A stretch of DNA of 64,000 nucleotides from Phycisphaerae bacterium (GCA_963675745.2 CAXXWX010000005.1:64001-128000); one strand, 5' to 3'; shown: positions 31,551 to 43,777, counted from the first letter of the stretch. Made by a program: numbers and translations. The notes: generated by a model from the sequence alone, not told the origin.

Positions 31551-34133
31551 ATGGCACCGCAGGATAACCACATCACCACCGACCGCGCGCAACCGATCTT
31601 GACCGCTATGCGCGGCGTATTCTGGGCCGCGCTCGCGACTTATGTCGCCTGTCGGTTGCTCTGCGGTTCTCCTGTTCGAATCGATGGTCCGCAGTGGTGG
31701 CCGTGGCTGCACGGGGCGCTGGCTTCGTTGCTCCTTCTGCTGGCCGCCGGGCGCGTCGTGGTCGCCACGGTCAACCGAAAGCTCTTCCGCGAGATTCGGG
31801 TCGACGTCGCTATCTGCGCCGTGATCCTCGTCGTCTGGGCGTTTGGCTGGGTCATCTCGCGGCCCTATCGGCTCGCGGCGGAACGCGGCGATCAGATCGA
31901 ACTTGTGCTGATGAACTGGTCCGGCGGTGGTGGCCAGAAGGAAGAGCAGATCGTCGCCGACATGATCGACCGCTTTCAACGCAGCCACCCACATATCAAG
32001 ATCAAGCGCATCAACCCCGGCGACTCCGGCTCATACAACACCAAGCTCCAGACCATGATGGCCGCCGACGTGCCGCCCGACGTCTTTTACATGGCGTCCG
32101 AACGCTTCTCCACGTTTGCCGCCAGCGGCCACCTGGCTGACCTCGAAGCACTCATCGCCGCGGATAGCGCCAACAGCCGCCCCACATTGGATCTGGCCGA
32201 CTTCTTCCAGAGCACGGTCGATTGCTTTCGCTTTGATGGCGAGACCACCGGTCGCGGAACGCTGTATGGCATCCCCAAAGACTTCACCACCTGGGGTTTC
32301 TACTACAACAAGAACCTCTTCGACCGCGCCGGCGTGCCCTACCCTAGCGACGATTGGACCTGGGACGATTTCGCTGACGCCGCGCGACGCATCGGCGCTC
32401 TGCCCGGCGTGCTCGGCGGCGCCGAATTCTCCTGTTGGGACGACCCCATTCGCAGCTATCTGTGGACCTACGGCGTCGACGTGGTCGACGAAGACTTCAA
32501 CTCGCGCGTTTTTGATCCACCGGTCCACAAGATTCTCGCGCAGCTTCGCGGCTGGCGCTTTGACGAGGAAAACACGCTGGTCAGCGGCGACAGCCAAGTC
32601 GCCCAGGGCCAGGACATTTTCGTCACCGGACGGGTTGGCATGGTCGGCCCGCTGGGACGCTGGGTGGTGCCGACCTACCGCGCCATCGAGGAGTTCGACT
32701 GGGACTTCGCCCCCCTGCCGCGCGGCACACAGCGCGCCAACGTGGTGGCGACGGTTGCGTGGTCGATGAGCGCGCGGTCAGAGCATACCGATGAGGCATG
32801 GGAGCTGCTTAAGTACCTGAGCGGACCCGAAGGTCAGCGCCGCGTGGCCGAATTGGGGCTCGCCATCCCGACGATCAAATCCGTCGCCGATACAGACGCC
32901 TTCAAAGACCCCACACTCAAGCCGGACAACGACCAGGCCTACCTCGACCAGGCGGCCTACGCGCGCATCGCGACGACGCCCGGTTATCCGGAGTGGAAGA
33001 ACACGCTCTCGAAGCGCTTGGAGGAGTTTCTGCGCTCGGGCAAACCGATGGACCAGACGCTCAGAGCGCTGGAGGCGGACTGGGCCCGCGATCGCGACAA
33101 CCCGTTGCGCGTCGGCCACTATCCCCCGGTGAGCTGGGCCTGGGTTGCCCTGGTCGTGCTGGCGCCCCTGCTATTGGTGCTGAGTATAGGCGGCACGCTT
33201 TGGTGGCGCGGCCGACCTCAACGCATCGCCCTGCGCGAGGAGCTTGCCGGCTATGGATTCGTCAGTCCGTGGCTGATCGGTTTCTGTGTGTTCATGGCGT
33301 TTCCGGTGATTCTGTCGCTCGTGTTGAGCTTCTCCAAATGGGCCGGATACTCGACGCTGGCTCAGGCGCAATGGGTCGGCCTGGCGAACTACAAAACGCT
33401 GCTGTTTAACGACCCGCGCTTCTGGAGCAGCCTCTGGGTCACCGCCTATTACGCGCTTTTCGCCGTCCCCATCGGCCAGGCGCTGGCGCTCGGTGCGGCG
33501 GTGTTGCTGAACCACGAGCTCAAGTTCTCAGCGTTCTTCCGCAGCGCGCTATACCTGCCCAGTGTGCTGGCGGGCGTGGGCATCGCGATTCTGTGGCGTT
33601 GGGTGTTCGACGGCGAAGTCGGCCTCATGAACACATACCTGCTCGCGCCGGTGCTGGGACCATTTGGCGCCGAGGCACCCAAATGGTTCACCGGCGATGC
33701 GCGCTGGTTCGGACCGCCGGCCTTCGCGGTTATGAGCTTCTGGGCCATCGGCGGCACGATGGTAATCTACCTCGCCGGCCTCAAGGGCATCCCCAAAGAG
33801 CTATACGAAGCCGCCTCCATCGACGGCTCGACGGTGCTTCAGCGCTTCCGCAACGTTACGCTGCCGATGTTGAGCCCGGTGATGTTCTTCAACTTCATCA
33901 TGGCGATCATCGGCTCGTTCCAAGTCTTCACGCAGGCGTTTGTGATGACCGGCGGCGGCCCCGGAGACGATACGCGCTTCTACGTGCTGTATCTCTACAA
34001 CCTCGCGTTTGATGACAGCCACATGGGCTACGCCTCGGCGATGGCCTGGTTGTTGCTGGTCGTGATCCTGAGCCTGACGATGCTCACCATGTGGGGCTCG
34101 AAGCGGTTCGTTTACTATGAGGCCCTCAAATGA
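31551..34133 (+). CDS. Fused sugar ABC transporter substrate-binding protein and MalF-type permease
   Basis: 3 N-terminal TMs; SBP (PPDVFYM, YYNKNLFD, DWTWDDF); then GYGFVSPWLIGF...WVGLANY...ELYEAASIDG (EAA loop) in one frame; GGGAG RBS before ATG 31551. Confidence 0.9.
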   Translation: MAPQDNHITTDRAQPILTAMRGVFWAALATYVACRLLCGSPVRIDGPQWWPWLHGALASLLLLLAAGRVVVATVNRKLFREIRVDVAICAVILVVWAFGWVISRPYRLAAERGDQIELVLMNWSGGGGQKEEQIVADMIDRFQRSHPHIKIKRINPGDSGSYNTKLQTMMAADVPPDVFYMASERFSTFAASGHLADLEALIAADSANSRPTLDLADFFQSTVDCFRFDGETTGRGTLYGIPKDFTTWGFYYNKNLFDRAGVPYPSDDWTWDDFADAARRIGALPGVLGGAEFSCWDDPIRSYLWTYGVDVVDEDFNSRVFDPPVHKILAQLRGWRFDEENTLVSGDSQVAQGQDIFVTGRVGMVGPLGRWVVPTYRAIEEFDWDFAPLPRGTQRANVVATVAWSMSARSEHTDEAWELLKYLSGPEGQRRVAELGLAIPTIKSVADTDAFKDPTLKPDNDQAYLDQAAYARIATTPGYPEWKNTLSKRLEEFLRSGKPMDQTLRALEADWARDRDNPLRVGHYPPVSWAWVALVVLAPLLLVLSIGGTLWWRGRPQRIALREELAGYGFVSPWLIGFCVFMAFPVILSLVLSFSKWAGYSTLAQAQWVGLANYKTLLFNDPRFWSSLWVTAYYALFAVPIGQALALGAAVLLNHELKFSAFFRSALYLPSVLAGVGIAILWRWVFDGEVGLMNTYLLAPVLGPFGAEAPKWFTGDARWFGPPAFAVMSFWAIGGTMVIYLAGLKGIPKELYEAASIDGSTVLQRFRNVTLPMLSPVMFFNFIMAIIGSFQVFTQAFVMTGGGPGDDTRFYVLYLYNLAFDDSHMGYASAMAWLLLVVILSLTMLTMWGSKRFVYYEALK

Positions 34134-35042
34134 CCCGCATGACCGCACCCCAGCTAAATCCCACCGCACGCCGCCCGATGGAGCGTGATTGGAACCGCAT
34201 CGGCTACATGACAATGGTCTACGGCCTATTGACCGTCGTCGCCGTGCTGATGCTGTTCCCGATGTGGTGGATGATCGTCGTCAGCCTGGAGTCGGCGGAC
34301 GAAGCGCGCCAGGCCGCCGCCGCCGCCGCCGGGTTTGACCTGCTTCCCAGTCAGCCGCAATGGGTCAACTATCCCGACGCACTGGCGGAGATGGGAACGG
34401 CGCGCTGGCGCGGTTTCCTCGACGCTTTCGCCAACACCATCGTGGTGACGACACTGAGCGTCATCGGACAGGTGCTTTCGTGCAGCCTGGTCGGGTATGC
34501 GTTCGCGCGCGTACGGTTTCGCGGGCGCGGCATGCTGTTCATCTTCATGATTTCGACCATGATGCTACCGCCCCAGGTCACCATGATCCCGATGTTCATC
34601 ATGTTCCGCTCGTTCGGCTGGATTGACACGATCCTGCCGCTGGTCGTGCCGACCTTCTTCGGCAACGCATTTTTCATCTTCATGTTCCGGCAGTTCTTCT
34701 CGCAGATACCCGAAGCCCTGGTCGAAGCCGCCCGCCTGGACGGCTGCGGCGCATTGGGCATCTGGTGGCGCATCATGCTGCCGCTCTGCAAGCCGGTCAT
34801 CGCGATAACCGCGATCTTCACCTTCATGTTCGTCTGGAACGACTTCCTCGGACCGCTGATCTACCTGCACGGCGAGGAACAGGCCACGCTCGCCATCGCC
34901 CTGAACTCTTTCCGCAACCAGTTCGGCGGCGTCGGCCAGGTCCACCTGCTCATGGCCGCCAGCATAGTCACCATGACCCCCTGCGTGATCCTGTTCTTTG
35001 TAGCCCAAAGACAATTCGTCGGCGGCCTGAGCATCGGCGCCG

Positions 35043-35053
<11 letters not shown>
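34130..35053 (+). CDS. Carbohydrate ABC transporter permease (MalG-like)
   Basis: GYAFAR, EALVEAARLDG, WNDFLGPL and GAVKG end; ATGA overlap with the upstream gene. Confidence 0.95.
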
Positions 35054-36028
<975 letters not shown>

Positions 36029-36032
<4 letters not shown>

Positions 36033-38580
36033 GTGTGCGGTACGGGGCGACCCCGTTGATCATAGCACTGGATCTGAACCTGGTCCTGACTGAACGGCGG
36101 CTCGGGACGGATGGTGATGACGCGCCGGTGTTTGGCCTCCAGGTCGTACAGCATCGACCGCTTGCGGTTTTGCAGCGCGTTGGCCACCTCAGGGGCGAGC
36201 GCGATCTCAATCTGGTGTACGTGCTCGCGCGTGGCCGCCAGTTGCACCAGGCGCATCACGTCGATCACGACCGACTCCAGCGTTTTGACCAACCCGCTGC
36301 CGCGGCAATGCGCGCAGTCCTGATAGACGTTGCGTGTCAGAGATGCCCGCTGGCGCTGGCGCGTGATTTCAATCAGACCGAACTGGCTGAACCGCAGTAC
36401 CTTCGCGCGTTCCTTGTGCTTCTTGAGGCTGTTGGTCAGGATGCGCTCGACGTGGCGCTTGTGACTTTCCAGCCGCATATCAATGAAGTCGCAGACGATT
36501 ACGCCGCCCATGTCGCGCAGCCGGAGCTGCCGGGCGATCTCCTCGGCTGCCTCCACGTTCAGTTTGTAGGCCGTCGACTCGGCGTCATCCTCGGTGCGAA
36601 AGCGCCCACTGTTCACATCAATGGCCACGAGCGCTTCGGTCGCGTCGATGACCAGCGAACCGCCGCTCTTCAACGACACGCGGCGTGAGTGCAGCCGTTC
36701 GAGCTCGGCCTCGATGCCGTACTTGTGGAAGATCGGCTCGGGCGACTCGTACTGCTGGACGATATCGCGCGAGCGCGGACTGAATATCGACAGGAAATCA
36801 CGCGCACGTTCGGTCACTTCCGGATCGTCCACGATGATCTTCTCGATGTCGGTGGTGAACGCGTCGCGGATCGTGCGGATGACCAGGTCGGACTCGCGGT
36901 ACAGTTCGGCCGGGGGCTTTTCTTCCTTGATGCGTCGCTGAATGGTCCGCCACAGCCGTGTGAGGTAATTGAGGTCGCTTTGCAGCTCGCGCTTGGTATG
37001 GCCCTGGCGGCGGTTCGGGCGATAAAGCCGATGCCTTCGGGCAATTCGAGATCCGTCAGTTGTGCGCGCAACTTTTGACGGTTGTCGTCGTCTTCGATCT
37101 TGCGCGAGATGCCCAGCCGGTGCATCCCGGGCATCATGACCAGGAATCGACCGGGGATGCTCAGGTAGGTGGACAGCGTGGGGCCTTTGGTGCCGATTCC
37201 CTCCTTGGTGATCTGCACGACCAGCTCCTGGCCGCGGCGCAGGCACTTCTGGATCGGCGGACGCGCGCGGCGCGGCATCTTGCGGCCGACTTTCTCGACG
37301 ACGCTGCCGCCGCTGGGGAAATAGTCGGGGTTCAGATCGGTGATGTGCAGAAAACCATTCTTGCCCAGCCCGAAATCAACAAAAGCCGCCTGGATACTGG
37401 ATTCAACGTTGGTCACCAGACCTTTGTAGATACTGCCGACATGATTCTCGTAAGACGCGCGTTCGAGGTATATCTCCTCGAGTTTGCCGTTTTCGATGAT
37501 CGCGATGCGACACTCATCCCGCGGCAGGAAATTGATGATCATCTCCTGATGCCCGGCGCTGGGCGCCTTTCCTACGGGCTCGTCTTCCTCCTCAGACGCC
37601 TCCTCAAGCTCCTCCTCGGTTTCAGGCTCGACCTCTTCCTCTTCGGCGACCGCCGTTTCGGCGGCGACCACCGGCCCGGCCTCCGCCTCGGCGGTTCGAT
37701 CGCGGGACTTGCGCCGCCGACCACGGCGTCGCTTGGCCTTGGCGGCGGGCGCGGCAGCTTTCTCGGCCGGTTCGTCATCAGGCTCAGTTGCCGCTGCCTT
37801 GGCGTCCGGCACATCCTCCGGCGTCACCGCGACCTGAGCGTCAGCGGATTCGGTCGCCTTGTCGGCCGCCTTGCCGTCGTGGCGACGTTTGCGGCGCAGA
37901 CGCCGCTTCTGGCTGCGCGTGAGCTTGTCGGGCTCGGCGGCCTCGGTCCGGGCGGTCTCGACCGGCGCCATGGGCTGCTCATCGACGATAAACGCGCTAC
38001 CCTCGCTCAACTCGAGACCGTTGACGTCGGCTACTTCCGTGACTTCATCCCAGGTCAGCGCGCCAACTTCGCCATCCGGCGGCGCCGTCGCGGGGCGCTG
38101 ATCTGCGGAATCCTCGGTTGTTACCGGTGCTTCGGCCTTGCCGGCGGGGGCAGTGCCGCTCGCGAATGGCGGTTGGGCGACCGGCGGAAACCGGATGACA
38201 ATCGAGCCGTCATCAGCTTCATGTCGCGTTACCGCGGCACCATTCGGGCTGTCCGCCTCGGCCGTGACAGCCGGCGCTGCCCGCTTGGCTTTCTTGCGCG
38301 TCCGCCGCGCCTTGCGCTTGACGGGGGCGGTGCTTTTGCTTTCAGCGGTGACGTCCGCCTGCGGCCCAGAGCCGGCCGCCGCCTTGGCGGCCTTCTTGGT
38401 TGAGCGCGTGCTCGCTGTCTTGCGACGGGCCTTTTTCTTGCGCCCTGTCGGGGCGACGCTCTTTGGCGGTGCTTTGGCATCCGCCTCGGCGGTCGTCCCG
38501 CCGCTGGATTCAGCCGCCGCCGCCTTCTTGACCTTCTTGGCGACGCGTTTGCGCGTCGTCTTCTTGACCTTTTTCGCCAA
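36029..38580 (-). CDS. rne: Rne/Rng family ribonuclease with long disordered N-terminus; apparent 1-nt deletion near 37005
   Basis: S1 domain (GSIYKG..QAAFVDFG..GFLH) in ORF 36814-38580; catalytic half (TEALVAIDVNSG, LRDMGGVIVCDFIDM, CAHCRGSG) in ORF 36029-37246; joined by one extra base (...RTA-A/G-QGHTKREL...). Confidence 0.9.
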
Positions 38581-39313
38581 AACCTGATCCTTCCTGCGCA
38601 GTGGTCAGTCCATCAGGACTCCAAAGCGCGTGGTTCCATTCGACATCGACCAGCCGAATTCGATGCCTGTACTCTGTCAGGCACACACCTAATTCCTGCA
38701 AGACCTCGAGTGGGCGAGCGCTACGCTGCTGGTCGAAGGTCAGCCCCACCCGCAGCAAACGCCCCTCGGTCTCTATTGATTTGATGTACGGCCGAATATC
38801 CACGTTGCGCGGCGGCCGCGACGGTCCTGAGGCGCGCGACACGACCACCGAGTCACGCGCCAGCAGGGCCGCAATACGCGCATCCGACGGCGCGTCCCCA
38901 TCCATCAGCCGAATCTCATAGCACGCGGCGCGCGCATGCGCCGTGGCGGCCGGGGCCGGCATGATCACGCGCAACAGCGTGCAGCCGCTCGGCAGCGCAG
39001 CGCCGAGGCGCGCCGCCGAGTCCGCCCCATCCACATCCCGGCTCAGGCCGACCACGGCCAGTTGACAGAGCGACTCCGTCCCCAGCGGCCGTGGCAGCGC
39101 GATTGATATCTTGGGTGAGGGGTTGAACCCGCGCGAGTACGCGATCGGCCACCGCGCGCGGATCAGGGCTCGTGACAGCATCCGCAGCTCATCGTGATGC
39201 GAGATATAACGCAGGTCACCCAACAGCGTGTACACAATCCCCGCGCGCGCCTGAACAACCCGCTCATCGGCCGCGTCGGGGGGCACCTGCCGCGTGGTCG
39301 CCGTCATCATCAC
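38510..39313 (-). CDS. TIGR03936/DUF2344 radical-SAM-linked protein
   Basis: GDLRYISHHD...RALIRA...YSRGFNPSPKIS.ALP..LG.ES...VDIRP; upstream of rne as is typical. Confidence 0.85.
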   Translation of the reverse strand: MMMTATTRQVPPDAADERVVQARAGIVYTLLGDLRYISHHDELRMLSRALIRARWPIAYSRGFNPSPKISIALPRPLGTESLCQLAVVGLSRDVDGADSAARLGAALPSGCTLLRVIMPAPAATAHARAACYEIRLMDGDAPSDARIAALLARDSVVVSRASGPSRPPRNVDIRPYIKSIETEGRLLRVGLTFDQQRSARPLEVLQELGVCLTEYRHRIRLVDVEWNHALWSPDGLTTAQEGSGFGEKGQEDDAQTRRQEGQEGGGG

Positions 39314-41049
39314 AGTGACTCCGGCACGACCTTGCGCAGCTCGTCACGCAAGTAGTTCATCACCTGCCGCTCGGAATCAAAACGCCGAACGCGGTTGGCA
39401 ATCGTCCGACAACGCCGGGACGTGGTTGAACGGATGATCTTCTTCACCTCGGGGATGTCCTTGGGGGCCATCGAGAGCTGACGCAGCCCCAGACCGATCA
39501 GCAACTGGGTGTAAATGGGCGCGCCGGCCATCTCGCCACAGATGCTGACCTCCACGTCGTTTTGCTGGGCGGCCTTCATCACGTGGCCGATCAGCCGCAG
39601 CACAGCCGGGCTGTGCGGGGCATATAAATGCGCGACACGCTCATTGGCGCGGTCCACGGCGAGCGTGTATTGCGTCAAATCGTTGGTGCCGATGCTGAAG
39701 AACGAGACCTCCTTGACGAAACCGTCCGCCAGGAGGGCCGCCGCGGGTGTCTCGACCATCATCCCGATCGGAATGTCACGCCGGTAACCGATCTCCTCCT
39801 CATCCAGATCCTCCATCACATCGCCGAGGATGTGCTTGGCTTGGCGCAACTCCATCAGTTGCGTGACCATCGGGAACATCAGCCGGACGTCACCCTCGGC
39901 CGACGCGCGCAACAACGCGCGCAAATGTGTCTTGAACATGTCAATCTTGCGCATGCAGTAACGCAGCGAGCGCAGCCCCAGCACCGGATTCTGGTCGTGG
40001 GCGGCATCCAGCGCGCCGGGAATCTTGTCGGCGCCCAGATCCATCGTCCGAAACACCAGCGGACGGTCCTTCATTATGCGCACGGCGTCGCGAAACGCCT
40101 CGTATTGCTCCTCTTCGGTCGGCAACTGGGAATGCGCCAGGTAGACAAACTCGGTCCGGTACAGCCCGACGCCTTCGGCGCCGGCTTCAACCGCGGCGTT
40201 GGTCTCATCCGACAGCTCGATGTTTGCGAGCAGCGACACGCGTTTGCCGTCGCGGGTTGTGGCGGGCAGGTCACGCAGCTCACGCAGCTCGGTTATGAAC
40301 CGCGTGTAGTCGCGCTGACGAGCGCGGAAACGCTCGATGATCGCTTCGCCGGGATCGGCAACCACGATCCCGTGCGTGCCGTCAACGATGACCGTGTCAC
40401 CGCCGGATACATCACTTGTGAAGGTCTCCAGCGCCACCACGGCGGGGATGCCCAGCATGCGCGCGATGATCGCAGTGTGCGAAGTCTGGCCACCCACGTT
40501 AATCGCCAACCCGAGAATGTGCTCGCGATCGAGCGAGACAGCCTGTGACGGGCTGATGTCGTGCGCGACGATGATCACGGGCTCGGTGAGCTTGGCGATG
40601 TCCTCGCGCGCCCGGCCGAGAATGTGCCGCAGTACGCGCTTCTGAATGTCGAACAGGTCTCGGACACGCTCCTTGAGGTACGGGTCGGCGACCGAGCGGA
40701 AGAGCTGCTGCTGTTTACGGATGACCTGCTCGAAGGCGAATGCCGCCGTGTAGCGGTTGCCTTCAATCAGATCAACGGCGGCGGTACGCAGCTTCTGGTC
40801 GGCGATGAACTGTTCGTGAAACGCGAAGATCGCCGAGGTCTGCTCGCCGAGCTTGCGCGTCGCCCCCACACGCAGCTCACTGACTTCCTGACGTGCGGCA
40901 TCCAGCGCGTCGTCGAGTATGCGTGTCTGCGTCGAAACCTGCGCAGCCTCGATCTCGCGCCGAGGTATGCGGTACTCCTCGGTGTCAAGAACCAGGGCCG
41001 GGCCGATCGCCACACCTGGTGATGCGCTGATGCCGTGTTTGGATATCAT
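39310..41049 (-). CDS. ptsI: PTS Enzyme I (PEP-protein phosphotransferase)
   Basis: GISASPG, GGQTSHTAI (phospho-His), GLYRTE, SIGTNDLTQY and CGEMAG motifs; no GAF domain. Confidence 0.96.
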   Translation of the reverse strand: MISKHGISASPGVAIGPALVLDTEEYRIPRREIEAAQVSTQTRILDDALDAARQEVSELRVGATRKLGEQTSAIFAFHEQFIADQKLRTAAVDLIEGNRYTAAFAFEQVIRKQQQLFRSVADPYLKERVRDLFDIQKRVLRHILGRAREDIAKLTEPVIIVAHDISPSQAVSLDREHILGLAINVGGQTSHTAIIARMLGIPAVVALETFTSDVSGGDTVIVDGTHGIVVADPGEAIIERFRARQRDYTRFITELRELRDLPATTRDGKRVSLLANIELSDETNAAVEAGAEGVGLYRTEFVYLAHSQLPTEEEQYEAFRDAVRIMKDRPLVFRTMDLGADKIPGALDAAHDQNPVLGLRSLRYCMRKIDMFKTHLRALLRASAEGDVRLMFPMVTQLMELRQAKHILGDVMEDLDEEEIGYRRDIPIGMMVETPAAALLADGFVKEVSFFSIGTNDLTQYTLAVDRANERVAHLYAPHSPAVLRLIGHVMKAAQQNDVEVSICGEMAGAPIYTQLLIGLGLRQLSMAPKDIPEVKKIIRSTTSRRCRTIANRVRRFDSERQVMNYLRDELRKVVPESL

Positions 41050-41142
41050 AAACCGCGGATACCGCGCCATGGGCGGCCGTCCGGGCGCCGGACGACACGC
41101 CGTTGGTTCGTTCGTTTCTTCAAATTCCGTGAGTGGTCCGGC

Positions 41143-41439
41143 TTACTCTTCGCCGAACCCCGATTCGATCAGCGCCGTCAGCGCGTCGAGCATTTCGTGT
41201 GCGTCCGATCCTTCCGTGACCACACGCACTTTTGTGCCTTGGGTGGCGACGAGCATCAAGAGCTCCATCGGGCTGCGACCATCCGCCTGCCGCTCCTGGC
41301 AGTGGACCGTCACCCGAGCCTTGTAGCGCGCAGCGGCGTCAACAAACTGCATGATCGGGCGAAAATGCAGTCCCTCCTTGTTGGGGATCACCGTCTCCCG
41401 TTCCAAGGCGTTGCCCGGTTCTCTTGCTGCCTCGGCCAT
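41143..41439 (-). CDS. ptsH: Phosphocarrier protein HPr
   Basis: NKEGLHFRP (His15) and ADGRSPMELLML (Ser46). Confidence 0.95.
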   Translation of the reverse strand: MAEAAREPGNALERETVIPNKEGLHFRPIMQFVDAAARYKARVTVHCQERQADGRSPMELLMLVATQGTKVRVVTEGSDAHEMLDALTALIESGFGEE

Positions 41440-41452
41440 CTGCCCTGCGCCG

Positions 41453-41932
41453 TCAGCTCACCAATAAGTTCTCGTCGGCTTCCACCAATAAGTCGTAGAT
41501 CTTCTCTTCACTGTCCGATTGCCGCAGAAACCTGCGGAATTTCTCCTGCTGGAGCACGCGAAAAACGACATCCATCGCGCGCAGGTGCGTCTCGTTGTCC
41601 TCCGCCGGGCTTACGATCAGGAAAACGCCGAATACCGGTTGGCCGTCCAGCGAAGAAAAGTCGACGCCATCCACGCTACGACCGACGGCGGCCACGACGC
41701 GCGGCAGGCCTGCGACCTTGGCGTGCGGTACGGCGACCCCCTTGCCAAACCCCGTTGTGCCCCGCGAGCGCTCGCGCGCGATAATCGATTTCGTCACGCG
41801 TTCGACCGCATCAGCCTCAATCTGGTCGCTGGCGGCCAGAATCGCCACCAACTCGCGGATCACGCCGTTGCGGTCCGCCGACTTCAACTCGGGTACGATT
41901 GCCTTTCGGTCAACCAGATTTAGCAGTTTCAT
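41453..41932 (-). CDS. ptsN: PTS IIA (Ntr/fructose-type) protein
   Basis: ARERSRGTTGFGKGVAVPHAK...GVDFSSLDG.PV motifs; start at ATG 41932. Confidence 0.9.
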   Translation of the reverse strand: MKLLNLVDRKAIVPELKSADRNGVIRELVAILAASDQIEADAVERVTKSIIARERSRGTTGFGKGVAVPHAKVAGLPRVVAAVGRSVDGVDFSSLDGQPVFGVFLIVSPAEDNETHLRAMDVVFRVLQQEKFRRFLRQSDSEEKIYDLLVEADENLLVS

Positions 41933-41960
41933 GCAGTACTCCGCGTCTGCGTTACGATGC

Positions 41961-42290
41961 CTAGGCCAGTTCCGCACCTTCGCTGGTTCGTGGGGGGTGC
42001 TTGCGGTTACGCATTTTCCCTTTATGACGGGTCAGTTGACGCTCTATCTTGTCGATCAGCAAGTCAATCGCCGCGTACAGGTCTGCATGTTGCTCGGTAG
42101 CCACAAACGGCGGGGAACCCTCGCTGTGAACGATGATCTCGGCATCATGCACGCCTGCATGACCGTCCAGAATGACCTCGATCGACTGGATGCGATCGTA
42201 GAATCGCGGCAGGCGCCCCGCCTTGTCCTCGCAGTACGCGCGCACAGAGTCACTGATGCTCATGTGACGGCCCGAGACGTTTACTCGCAT
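41961..42290 (-). CDS. hpf: Ribosome hibernation promoting factor (short HPF/RaiA)
   Basis: MRVNVSGRHM...DLYAAIDLLIDKIERQLTRHK; GAGGAG RBS before ATG 42290. Confidence 0.93.
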   Translation of the reverse strand: MRVNVSGRHMSISDSVRAYCEDKAGRLPRFYDRIQSIEVILDGHAGVHDAEIIVHSEGSPPFVATEQHADLYAAIDLLIDKIERQLTRHKGKMRNRKHPPRTSEGAELA

Positions 42291-42531
42291 CCGAATCTCC
42301 TCTTGGCGCCCGTCCCGCGTCGCTGAGCTCCCTGGGCGCGCTGGACAGACTGACATCATTCCCGCACCGAGCATGCGTCGGCGCGGGGTGTGCTCGCTGA
42401 GTGGTCCAACTCGACAGCGCGGAATCTAGCGGATGAGTGTGGAGACCGTCAAGCCGGGCGTGGCAACTCACGCCACCAGAACAACGGCAGTTGCCCCACG
42501 CGCAACCGTGAATCAACCGGGAGTTGCTTGT

Positions 42532-42556
42532 TAAGTGTTTGCTAGTCAAGTAGTTA
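42532..42556. promoter_or_regulatory. AT-rich inverted pair of IHF-like sites upstream of the hpf-pts operon
   Basis: TAAGTGTTTG-CTAGT-CAAGTAGTTA; each strand has a 1-mismatch match to WATCAANNNNTTR. Confidence 0.35.
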
Positions 42557-42585
42557 GGTCGCAGATTGCAAGCGGACGCGCCCAC

Positions 42586-43575
42586 CTATGCCAACCGGCT
42601 CGACTTGCGCTCGATGAGCGTCGGCGCCACCGCGGTCTGCCCGGGCGCGTCCAGGCGGGTCTTCGACAGACGCTGCAAAGCCAGGTCCATGGCGCGTCGG
42701 CCGATCTCTTCGCCCGATAAGTCGGTAGTGGTCAGCGCCGGGCGAATCTGTGCGCCGGCACGCGAATTGCCCTGTCCGGCGACCGCGACGTCCTCTCCTA
42801 CCACCCGACCGGCGTGCTGCAGCGCCAGCATGACGCACAACGCCACTGCATCGTCACAGGCGGCAATGCCCCGCACCCGACCGATGTGTGGCTCCAGTGC
42901 CATCCGCAGTTCAGCCGCATCCGCGTTCGAACCGAGTTCGATTGTAGCGGTCGCACCGGCGATGCCGCGCTCCGCCAGCACCTGCTGAAACCCGTCAAGC
43001 CGTTCGCGCCGGGGGCCCTGTTGGACGTACAGCACATCCTGCCCCGCCCGGTCGAGCAAGTGGCGCGCCACCAGTCGCCCCGATTCGGCCTCGTCGGACA
43101 CTAACACATCGGCATTGATGCCGCCCGCTGGCTGGCACAGCACGATCGTCTGGCTCGCAAGCGCTTCACGCACCGGCGTCGTCAACGGTGGCTCCAGCCG
43201 GGCCGCAATCAGAATCCCATCCACGCGCTCCCGCGTGATGCGGTTGGCACGCGCCAGTCGTTTATCAGCGTCCGCCCCGAGCTCGACCACGTAGACCGCA
43301 TAGCGGGCGTCTTCGGCCCGTGCGATAACGCCGCGCAGGAATGACGTCGCCGACACATCCAGCAGGTCATCCACGACGACAGCCACCGCGTAGCTCCGGC
43401 CGGTGGCCAGCGAGCGGGCCGCCTGGCTGGGCACATAGTTGAGCTCGCGACACGCCTCCAACACCCGCTGCTTGGTGTGGGCGCTGATGTCGGGCCGATC
43501 ATTCAGCGCGCGCGAGACCGTTCCGCGGGAGAGTTGCGTCTGCCGGCTTATGTCTTCGATTGTGACTTTGCTCAT
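42586..43575 (-). CDS. LacI-family transcriptional regulator
   Basis: VTIEDISRQTQLSRGTVSRALN HTH, YVPSQAARSL hinge, PALTT and LIERKS motifs. Confidence 0.95.
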   Translation of the reverse strand: MSKVTIEDISRQTQLSRGTVSRALNDRPDISAHTKQRVLEACRELNYVPSQAARSLATGRSYAVAVVVDDLLDVSATSFLRGVIARAEDARYAVYVVELGADADKRLARANRITRERVDGILIAARLEPPLTTPVREALASQTIVLCQPAGGINADVLVSDEAESGRLVARHLLDRAGQDVLYVQQGPRRERLDGFQQVLAERGIAGATATIELGSNADAAELRMALEPHIGRVRGIAACDDAVALCVMLALQHAGRVVGEDVAVAGQGNSRAGAQIRPALTTTDLSGEEIGRRAMDLALQRLSKTRLDAPGQTAVAPTLIERKSSRLA

Positions 43576-43777
43576 GATCGTGCCCGCGACGAAGAGAAGC
43601 CCCGGAAGTGCTGGGGCGACCGCATGAGTCCCCACTGGGCATCATTGTCCTGATTGTACCGCGCGTCCGATATGTTGCAAATCTTGCCTGCGGAAACATG
43701 ACTCAGCGCCGGACTTGCTCGCAAGAGCAGGTTAATCGCTGGGCGCTGCCGCCACAATTGAGCGCATTCCTGTGCCG

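Noticed and set aside
42461..42475. Sigma54 promoter for hpf (TGGCGTGAGTTGC on the minus strand)
   Set aside because: GG to GC spacing is 8 nt rather than the required 10.
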